From an uncultured virus (IMG/VR IMGVR_UViG_3300044633_000491) (Duplodnaviria > Heunggongvirae > Uroviricota > Caudoviricetes): a DNA stretch of 64,000 bases. This document shows, piece after piece, positions 1 through 7,228 of this stretch. Made by a program: the position numbers and the translations under genes. Under the pieces are notes generated by a model, which was not told the DNA's origin, ran no database searches, and worked only from the letters and a program-made list of their open reading frames with translations. The stretch lies in the IMG/VR virus record IMGVR_UViG_3300044633_000491, positions 1 to 64,000 of that record; one strand, 5' to 3'. Position 1 is the stretch's first letter, and each line of letters starts with the position of its first letter.

Positions 1-72
1 AAGATTACCTGTGAGAATTACATCAGTAGTATCAATTGTATACGAGGAGTTAAGTTTCTTAACTGTGGCCAT
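1..72 (-). CDS. 5' end of a late, probably structural gene running off the window edge (MATVKKLNSSYTIDTTDVILTGNL...)
   Basis: ATG at 72 (-), frame open to base 1, preceded by late-promoter-like CATAAATA (92-99). Not in the ORF track. Confidence 0.6.
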   Translation of the reverse strand, partial: MATVKKLNSSYTIDTTDVILTGNL

Positions 73-91
73 TTTTTATTCCAGTTTCTAT

Positions 92-99
92 TATTTATG
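92..99 (-). promoter_or_regulatory. T4-type late promoter (CATAAATA)
   Basis: Matches the TATAAATA-like core that recurs upstream of many genes here; lies just downstream of a terminator. Confidence 0.65.
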
Positions 100-120
100 C
101 TAATTGTAGATAGTGTAGTC

Positions 121-150
121 AAAAAAAATAACAGCCGAAGCTGTTATTTT
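121..150 (-). terminator. Intrinsic terminator
   Basis: AAAATAACAGC-TTCG-GCTGTTATTTTTTTT on the - strand, downstream of ORF 165..1112. Confidence 0.85.
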
Positions 151-164
151 TAAGTTGACTAAAA

Positions 165-1112
165 TTAGTCGTTTGTTGCTAGTTTTACTGTTGTGTTTAC
201 AACTGCTGAACCTGTTGAAGTCCATCTTGCGTGGCTATTTGCAGCAAATTGTGTACCTGCTGTGTATCCATCAATATCTGCCGGGAATAACAATGCTGTA
301 CGTGATTCAAGTTTACCGACTACATAACTACCGTTGTCAGAATCAAACGCTGTTAGTGTCATTTCGCCTGCGGCTGTTGGGCCACCTGCAGCAACAACTT
401 GCGCTACTGTTGGGCTGTTAACACCGTTAACACCTGTTGGAACTAAACGAACTACATCAGTACCATCAGCATTAGTTACGCGATAACGACGTGAACTGCG
501 TTGACTAACGATATCAGCTTGTTTACCAATTGTGCCACCGGTAATCCGTGCGTTAGCACGGATTGTGTTAGCTGTAACTGTTGAAGCTGCTAATACTGCT
601 GTTAATGAACCTGCAGATCCAATATCACCAAAGCTAATTAATGTTGTACTTGTTGCGCTGGTATTAGCGGCACTCATTGTAACATTACCTGTGCCGATAG
701 CTGTGATTGTAGTAGTTGCTGCAAATGCTGTATTTGCGGCCATACCGACAAATAAACCTACAGTAGTTGAAACTGTTAGTACATTTGAACCACTAATTGC
801 TCCGCCTGTGACTACTACGTTAGCCGGTTTAACTAAGGTAATTACCGGTGCAGTTGTGTAACCAGTACCTGCTGTTGTAACACTAGCTGTATCGATACGA
901 CCGTTAGCTGTACTAACTGCATCGACTGTCACTCTGGCAACTGTGCCACCGATTGGGCTAAGTGCCACTGTAGCTGTTAAACCTTGTGAGTAGTTTGTAC
1001 CACGGTTTGTGTAAGTAATACTCGAAATACCTTCACCACCTGCAGCACTGTATGTTAAACCATCATTAACATTATCTGAACCAAAAAACTTTTTCTTAAT
1101 AGGACGTCCCAT
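165..1112 (-). CDS. Putative virion structural/decoration protein (Gly/Thr/Ala/Val-rich)
   Basis: Likely start is ATG 1112 (MGRPIKKKFFG) with AAGGAG SD; follows the MCP gene; beta-rich composition with a GTGYTTAP-type motif. Confidence 0.6.
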   Translation of the reverse strand: MGRPIKKKFFGSDNVNDGLTYSAAGGEGISSITYTNRGTNYSQGLTATVALSPIGGTVARVTVDAVSTANGRIDTASVTTAGTGYTTAPVITLVKPANVVVTGGAISGSNVLTVSTTVGLFVGMAANTAFAATTTITAIGTGNVTMSAANTSATSTTLISFGDIGSAGSLTAVLAASTVTANTIRANARITGGTIGKQADIVSQRSSRRYRVTNADGTDVVRLVPTGVNGVNSPTVAQVVAAGGPTAAGEMTLTAFDSDNGSYVVGKLESRTALLFPADIDGYTAGTQFAANSHARWTSTGSAVVNTTVKLATND

Positions 1113-1194
1113 TTGTTTTCTCCTTATATATTTAATTGTTCTACAATCTACGCGGTTGGGACCGCATAAACTCTCATTCAAGAGCGAACTCTAG
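1106..1194 (-). promoter_or_regulatory. Structured late 5' leader (three-way junction, loop complementary to start-codon region)
   Basis: Stems GTTC/GAAC, GCTCTT/GAGAGT and TTATGCGGT/ACCGCGTAG; GTCCCA is complementary to (A)TGGGAC at the start codon. Confidence 0.55.
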
Positions 1195-1202
1195 TATTTA
1201 TC
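1195..1202 (-). promoter_or_regulatory. T4-type late promoter (GATAAATA)
   Basis: TAAATA core just downstream of the MCP terminator. Confidence 0.7.
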
Positions 1203-1224
1203 GTTTTTAATAGTTATAGCCAAC

Positions 1225-1247
1225 AAAAAGCCCCTTGCGGGGCTTTT
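1225..1247 (-). terminator. Intrinsic terminator of the capsid operon
   Basis: AAAAGCCCC-GCAA-GGGGCTTTTT (GNRA loop, T tract) ~30 nt after the MCP stop. Confidence 0.9.
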
Positions 1248-1274
1248 CTTATCGTTACCTCTAAGAAGTTAATC

Positions 1275-2444
1275 TTATTGGAATGATAGGTTAGAAACAC
1301 CAATTGTTTCTAAGTAATCAGCTGCGTTACCTAGAGATGAAGCAGTGTTTGTTAACTCAGCGTAGCCATAACGTGTCATAAAGCCAACTACTGGTTCGAA
1401 AGTAGCTGGATCTAATACAACGCCAGAGCTCATTAGAGGCACGTATGGGCAGTAGAACGCAGCTGCATCAGCTTCGCTAGAACCTTTGTAACCTACTAAT
1501 ACTGAAGTACCTGTGTTAGCATAGCTGTCAACATAGATCTTCATAGCATTGTTTAAAGTACCAACAAATTTAGTGTTTGTCGGAGCTTCGAATGTACCTT
1601 CTGTACTACGAGCAAAAGCTGAAGTAGTTGCAGATTGTAACACTGTTAACGCTTCTGAACTTACAACTGCCCAGTTAGCTGCACCGCGACGTGTACGTTG
1701 AGCGATTAAGTTAGCAGCGCGGTTGATAACAACTGCTAATGCTGCGTGTTCATCACCTACGAATGTAGCTGTACCACTTACTGTTGATTGGTTGTAGTTG
1801 AATGAATTACCAGCCAATGAACGTAGACTTGCTAAGATCTCTTGGTCGATTTCAACTGTGATTTCTTGTGCTAAAGCTGCCATGATTTCTGCTTCAACAT
1901 CTAAACCGTGCATAGATTGTGCATCTTGCGCAGCTTCAAATGTCCAACGTGCAGACAATTTACGTGTTTTAGCTTCAACAACTTGTTTCAAGATTTGAAC
2001 GTTAATACGGTTACCTGGTGTGCCTTCTAAAGTGCTTGTTGAAGCAGCTTTACCAGCTGTTGTACCAGAGTATGCAGTAGCGATCTTAAATGGGCTCAAT
2101 GCTTCATCACCTGGTGTTGTGCTGTCACCGCTGGTTGCAGAAACTGCATCAGCATAACGTACACGTAGAGTGTGAATTTGTGCCACTGGGCCAGTCATTG
2201 GTTGTACACCAACGATTTCGTTTGCAATAACTGTCGGCATTACACGACGGATTACTGGAAGAATAACGCGGTTTAATGTAGCTACGTTACCAACAGCAGT
2301 TGCGCCGCCAGATGCAGTTTCCATCAAGTGTTTCTTAGTATTTTCTAAGATAATAGCCATTGTAGTTCTTTTCGAACCTTGTAGACCTTCTAACAGGGCG
2401 TCTTTGGTCTCGTTCCAACGGCCTTCTAATAGTTGGGTTGTCAT
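1275..2444 (-). CDS. gp23: Major capsid protein (T4 gp23 family)
   Basis: Motifs IVGVQPMTGP, VEAKTRKLSARWTFEAAQD, AAFYCPYVPL and DPATFEPVVGFMTRYG; position after the scaffold and protease genes. Confidence 0.97.
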   Translation of the reverse strand: MTTQLLEGRWNETKDALLEGLQGSKRTTMAIILENTKKHLMETASGGATAVGNVATLNRVILPVIRRVMPTVIANEIVGVQPMTGPVAQIHTLRVRYADAVSATSGDSTTPGDEALSPFKIATAYSGTTAGKAASTSTLEGTPGNRINVQILKQVVEAKTRKLSARWTFEAAQDAQSMHGLDVEAEIMAALAQEITVEIDQEILASLRSLAGNSFNYNQSTVSGTATFVGDEHAALAVVINRAANLIAQRTRRGAANWAVVSSEALTVLQSATTSAFARSTEGTFEAPTNTKFVGTLNNAMKIYVDSYANTGTSVLVGYKGSSEADAAAFYCPYVPLMSSGVVLDPATFEPVVGFMTRYGYAELTNTASSLGNAADYLETIGVSNLSFQ

Positions 2445-2471
2445 TTCTTTATTTTCCTTTAAAAAAGTTTA

Positions 2472-3575
2472 TTACTTTAGCCCTGCTAAACGACGAATTT
2501 CAACAACGTTGTTGTCGGACTCGGTAACGTTTGCTTTAGCAGATTTATCACCAGTTACTTCTACACGTGATTCAGCAAGCACTGACTTTTCAGTCGTTTG
2601 TGTTTTTGCTGGAGCATTATTTAGAACTGCTGGCAGATACTTGTCGTATGCATTTTGAAGTTTTTCAGTTTGCACACCTTCGAGTAAGCTAGACATTACA
2701 CTTGCTTTCTCTTTATTCAACGTACTCAATAATCCATTTAGTGTTTCCTTACGGCTAACACTTTCTTTGATTACTCGAACTTCACGTTCTTTAGACTCAA
2801 CAAGAGCTTCTTTTTCTGCAATTGCCTGTTGACTTTCAGCTATCATAGCGTCTTTCGTTGCTAATTCTGCTTTAAGTTTTGCGAATTCTTTGTTCTCATT
2901 TAAGTGAGTGACAGCAAATTCATTTGCAAATGCTTCAAATAAGCGACGACCAAACATGTTCTCACGAGCCATTTGGATGTCTTCTTTAAGTTGAGCTAAC
3001 TCTGAGCCTAGATTTTTTGCTACTGCTTCTTTTACAAGACCAGCACTGCGTTTAACAAAAGCTGTTTGTAGATCTGCTAATTTATTTTTAGCTTCAGCTA
3101 CAAGTTTAACTTTAGTTTCAACAACATCACGTTTGTCTTGTTCAAACTCTTTGATTTCTTCAGCTAACGCACGAATAACAAATTTTTCTAACTTAGCGGT
3201 TGCTTCGTTTTGAATTTTGCGATCAGCACGTAATTCTTTGATTTCTTCAGCTAATTTACTAGTCATAAAACTATTAAATTTACCTGTACTTTCAACCATA
3301 TGACGTTTAAATTTCACACGGTCTTCTGCAAGAGCTTGTTTCTCATCGGCGAACTCAGTAAGTTCAGCGGTAAGTGATTCAGTAACCATTTTGTCTAGAG
3401 CTTCAACCATTACATTTTTATCGTGTTCATAGCGGCGAGCGAACTCTTCGCGCAATTCAGCGCGAACAACTTCACGTGCTTCATTAATTTGTGTTTCCCA
3501 AGCTTCTGTAATAGCAGTTTGAGTAGCTTCATTAATGATGCCACTATCTAACAATGGTTTGATAGCATCTAACAT
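2472..3575 (-). CDS. gp22: Prohead core scaffolding protein (gp22-like)
   Basis: Glu/Lys-rich coiled coil located between the protease and MCP genes, as in T4. Confidence 0.85.
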   Translation of the reverse strand: MLDAIKPLLDSGIINEATQTAITEAWETQINEAREVVRAELREEFARRYEHDKNVMVEALDKMVTESLTAELTEFADEKQALAEDRVKFKRHMVESTGKFNSFMTSKLAEEIKELRADRKIQNEATAKLEKFVIRALAEEIKEFEQDKRDVVETKVKLVAEAKNKLADLQTAFVKRSAGLVKEAVAKNLGSELAQLKEDIQMARENMFGRRLFEAFANEFAVTHLNENKEFAKLKAELATKDAMIAESQQAIAEKEALVESKEREVRVIKESVSRKETLNGLLSTLNKEKASVMSSLLEGVQTEKLQNAYDKYLPAVLNNAPAKTQTTEKSVLAESRVEVTGDKSAKANVTESDNNVVEIRRLAGLK

Positions 3576-3584
3576 TACGATCTC

Positions 3585-4226
3585 CTATTTAATTTTTAGA
3601 TCTTTGATCAAGCGTGTAACTTGCTCTTTCAAATACTTCTGTACTCTTTGATCTGCGCTGGCTTCTTTTGCCATTTCGAATACCTTTTCGCCACCACGCA
3701 TATTCATCAGTCCTTCGTAAATCGCTGTTGGATATGCATTAGGAGCACTAGGTTGCGCAACTACATCTACAGTGACTATTTCAAAGTCACTTACTTTGCC
3801 GTCACCTTCTACGTTGCCGGAGCCACGAGAGCTAACACCAAGTTTTACACCAGAATCCAACATAGTCTGAACTAACTGACCCATTGGAGTAGGTAATATT
3901 TTTAATTTGCCGAAACCGTTAGGACCGTCCATCCACATATCTGTAATCATGTGACTAACACGGTCTAGATTAATTTTCAAATCATCGGGGTGATCCACTT
4001 CGCCTAAAACGCTGTAACCACCTTTGATTTGTTCATTAATAGCTGTAACGGCTTTAGAAATCTCATTAACTGGATATACACGTTCATTGTGATTTTTAAC
4101 ACCACCTTGAATGAATATACCTTTCATGTAACATGTTTTGCCGCCGCGGCCGGAAGCGTCGTCTTCTAACAACACTTCCATTCTAGCTGCATCAAATGTT
4201 AAATTTTCTTTAAGATATAAAGCCAT
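3585..4226 (-). CDS. gp21: Prohead protease (T4 gp21 family)
   Basis: GIFIQGGVKNHNERVYP, GEVDHP, LGVSSRGSG and DVVAQPSAPNA motifs. Confidence 0.95.
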   Translation of the reverse strand: MALYLKENLTFDAARMEVLLEDDASGRGGKTCYMKGIFIQGGVKNHNERVYPVNEISKAVTAINEQIKGGYSVLGEVDHPDDLKINLDRVSHMITDMWMDGPNGFGKLKILPTPMGQLVQTMLDSGVKLGVSSRGSGNVEGDGKVSDFEIVTVDVVAQPSAPNAYPTAIYEGLMNMRGGEKVFEMAKEASADQRVQKYLKEQVTRLIKDLKIK

Positions 4227-4238
4227 TGACTTTTCCTA

Positions 4239-5102
4239 TTAACGTGCTAACGGGCTTTTTGTGTTTACGCCACCAACAGCTTTACCTGTTGTTTGACCTT
4301 CACCTGTTTTACCTGTTTCTTTCTTAGCAAAAGCATTACCTGCTCTAGCACCAGGTTTGTTTAATGGATTATTTACTAATGTGCCTTTTGGTTTTTCGCT
4401 AGCTGCAGGGCGATTACCGTCTTGGTTAGCTGTAGCGCCTTTACCTGTTACAATATTAGCAGCTGTACCGCCCATATCGTTTTTACCAGCTACAGTAGAC
4501 TTAGCGTTAACGCTTGCACGTTTACCTACACCAACTTCTCCACCTTCTGCTTTTTGATTTGTTTCACCAACTCTTTCTACGTATTCGCGAACAATTGATT
4601 CATCAACTTCATCTTCTTCATCTTCTTCATCTGATTCAGCTTCCATGAATTGTTGTTCACCCATGTTGTCATCATCCATGTTGTCATCACCGTGAATGCC
4701 TGGGAATTGTTCTTCTTCTTGCTCTTCACCTGCCATTAAAGCATCGAATTCTGCTTTAAGTTCATCAAGTGCTGACTCTAGATCTTGTACGCGATCTTCA
4801 ACATCACCGTGCTCTTCTTCGTGGTCGTCTAAGTCACCACTGTCATCAAAGTCCATAGAATCAGAATCTTCGTCGTCTATGTCCATCATGTCTTCTTCTT
4901 CGCTTAGACCTTCTTCGTCGTGGCTAACTTCGTCTACTAGATCTTCAACTTCGTTACCGCCAACTTCATTCAAATCGTTTTCATCGATTAGGCTTTCATA
5001 AATGTCACGTGATTTTTCTACAACAATGTTGTGGAACAATTCGCGGGCCTTGTCGGTTTCATCATTAATGATGAATTCAACTAACTGTTCGTACTTGTTC
5101 AT
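4239..5102 (-). CDS. Highly acidic prohead core/internal protein (gp67/68-like position)
   Basis: Very Asp/Glu-rich middle and basic Gly-rich C-terminus; lies between portal and protease; TGTAAATA upstream at 5168-5175. Confidence 0.6.
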   Translation of the reverse strand: MNKYEQLVEFIINDETDKARELFHNIVVEKSRDIYESLIDENDLNEVGGNEVEDLVDEVSHDEEGLSEEEDMMDIDDEDSDSMDFDDSGDLDDHEEEHGDVEDRVQDLESALDELKAEFDALMAGEEQEEEQFPGIHGDDNMDDDNMGEQQFMEAESDEEDEEDEVDESIVREYVERVGETNQKAEGGEVGVGKRASVNAKSTVAGKNDMGGTAANIVTGKGATANQDGNRPAASEKPKGTLVNNPLNKPGARAGNAFAKKETGKTGEGQTTGKAVGGVNTKSPLAR

Positions 5103-5231
5103 AAGAACTCCTTAATATTAAGTGTTATAATTGTGATATACAATTAATGGATATGTCTTTGTAATATTATTTACAAATTAGTTGTCAAATTGGGGTTAAA
5201 TGCGTTGTTTTTGATTCAAAACGAAAGATAA

Positions 5232-5456
5232 TTACATACCTGCGTTAGGTTCGGGCGGTGGAGTGAATTGAGTCTGTACTGCTTCTATTTTCTTTTCTTT
5301 TTCTAATTTACGCACATCATTCATAATACGTAGACGATTAAGTTGTTTAAGTGTTAGTTTGGTTTTACGCAGGTCACTTAGTTTCAAAGTGGTATTGTCG
5401 TCCTTTTCAGTACGATACCCAGGTAAATTGTTGTCAAACATTTCAAATAATTGCAT
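5232..5456 (-). CDS. Small head-module hypothetical protein
   Basis: ATG 5456 lies 5 nt after GGTAAATA (5462-5469); basic RKTKLTLKQLNRLR segment. Confidence 0.7.
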   Translation of the reverse strand: MQLFEMFDNNLPGYRTEKDDNTTLKLSDLRKTKLTLKQLNRLRIMNDVRKLEKEKKIEAVQTQFTPPPEPNAGM

Positions 5457-5476
5457 ATAGTTATTTACCAAAATAC

Positions 5477-7195
5477 TTAAATTGCAGCGGCCCCGGCAGG
5501 TGCTGCACCTGCGCTGGCAATAGGACTAGCTGTACCAGGAGTGCCGGGTACTGCACCTTCTGCTCCTTGATCTTGTGCGGCGGGGTCAGCACCAAATGTA
5601 TCCATATCTTGCTGTAGACCAGCAGTTGTTACATCTACTGCACGTAGTCCTGCTTCCGCCGCCGCACCATCGTCAACTATTCCACGTTCCTCTTTCCATA
5701 ATTCAGAGTTACGTTGTAGTTCTTCTTCGCTTAGATCTAAGTATCGCTCCATTAAGAAACGTTTGCTCAGATATGGGTATGCTTCTAACGAAGTAAACGT
5801 ACCAATACGTACTTGATCAATTTCAGCTTGGCGATACTTGGCAAAATTTTGTGGTTCATTAAATCGTAGTTCGAATAAACTACTATCAATGTTTATTCCT
5901 CTCCAACGCATAAACATTTTGAATTCTTGATCTAACTTGTCTACTATTAAACTTTGTAGACGCATACAGTATTGATTAAACCGCCATTCTTGAATAAGAG
6001 CAGTTGTAGCACGCCCGTCATTAAATGCTTGGCTACTTTCATCATCTCCTGTAGGCAAGTAACTACTAGGAATACGCAGTCCACGGAACATTTTATTAGT
6101 AAAGAATCTTAAGTCAGTGATTTCACCTAGATTAGTACCGCCCGGAAATGGTTCTACTGTAGATCCTCTACCATCTGCGGTCACAGGAAAGAAATAGTCT
6201 TCGTTTGTGCTCAATGGGTTATATGTAGCATCCATCATGTTCTGCCCACCACCCGTTTGTGTAGGTATACGACGTTGATGTATTTCGTTCTTAACACGGT
6301 CAACATAGGCCATGGCCATGTGTGTGGGCATGTTACCTACATCAATTTTAAACACACGACGTTCTGGTGCACGCTGTATACGATAGATAATAATTGCATC
6401 TTCTAACAGTTCTTTTTGTTTAAAAATCTTAAAGATACTTTCTAAAATGCTAGTACCAAATGGCCAATTAACATCCAGCCCTTCTGTTAGGCTTACATGT
6501 AATATGTGTTCTGCATTAAGGCACGATTCATTTTGTGCATGACTAAAACGACTACCGCCACTGAATGGAGCATTGGGTTGTGTATAACTACCGCTAGGTC
6601 CACCTATTTGAGGATGATTAGTATAGGTATCTGTGCTGGCCACTGCAGTAGCAGTCAAATTTTGAAAGTTAATATTCATATCTTTAATGATATATTGTTC
6701 TGGTTCTTTACCTTTGGCTTCATTGACAATTACCTTGGTAATTTTATGTGTTTCTGTCCAATAAAGTTTGAAGGTTTCTGGATCACGTAAGAATACTTGA
6801 TCGCCATATTTTAATACATTACGAAATAATTTAAACAGGCGTTTGTTTAGGTCGTTTAGACTGACCCACTCTTGTAGTTGATCTTTAAGAATTTTGATTT
6901 CGTTATCTGTAGGATCTTCTTTAAAAAATAAGTCAAATCCTGTGCCATTTTCAATATTAGTCTGTGTACTAAATTCAGCTATGATGTCTAATGCAGCATT
7001 AACTTCACTGTCCATGTCCATTTGTTCATATTGATTGTATCGCTCTGTACGATTAGGATGCCCAATATAAACTTCCGGTAACTGACTGGCAAAGTTTCGA
7101 TATCCTGTATCGGGTAGTGTACCACTAGCGCCGCTTATCGGACTTAGTGTTCCGCTGCTGTTATTTGCCGTTTTAAAATATTTCTTCCATGCCAT
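5477..7195 (-). CDS. gp20: Portal protein (T4 gp20 family)
   Basis: LLEDAIIIYRIQRAPERRVFKIDVGNMP, EDYFFP, GGTNLGEITD and LRIPSSYL motifs; CTTAAATA upstream at 7218-7225. Confidence 0.97.
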   Translation of the reverse strand: MAWKKYFKTANNSSGTLSPISGASGTLPDTGYRNFASQLPEVYIGHPNRTERYNQYEQMDMDSEVNAALDIIAEFSTQTNIENGTGFDLFFKEDPTDNEIKILKDQLQEWVSLNDLNKRLFKLFRNVLKYGDQVFLRDPETFKLYWTETHKITKVIVNEAKGKEPEQYIIKDMNINFQNLTATAVASTDTYTNHPQIGGPSGSYTQPNAPFSGGSRFSHAQNESCLNAEHILHVSLTEGLDVNWPFGTSILESIFKIFKQKELLEDAIIIYRIQRAPERRVFKIDVGNMPTHMAMAYVDRVKNEIHQRRIPTQTGGGQNMMDATYNPLSTNEDYFFPVTADGRGSTVEPFPGGTNLGEITDLRFFTNKMFRGLRIPSSYLPTGDDESSQAFNDGRATTALIQEWRFNQYCMRLQSLIVDKLDQEFKMFMRWRGINIDSSLFELRFNEPQNFAKYRQAEIDQVRIGTFTSLEAYPYLSKRFLMERYLDLSEEELQRNSELWKEERGIVDDGAAAEAGLRAVDVTTAGLQQDMDTFGADPAAQDQGAEGAVPGTPGTASPIASAGAAPAGAAAI

Positions 7196-7228
7196 ATTAT
7201 TTCTCTCTGAGATACTGTATTTAAGCCG

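Noticed and set aside
1113..1181. Longest-ORF starts at 1181 (also 5471, 13158, 18255, 52178)
   Set aside because: Downstream ATGs (1112, 5456, 13113, 18201, 52223) fit SD or promoter positions and gene overlaps better.
5160..5188. Minus-strand TTGACA as a sigma70 promoter for ORF 4239..5102
   Set aside because: There is no good -10 at 16-18 nt, and a late-type TGTAAATA explains the site.
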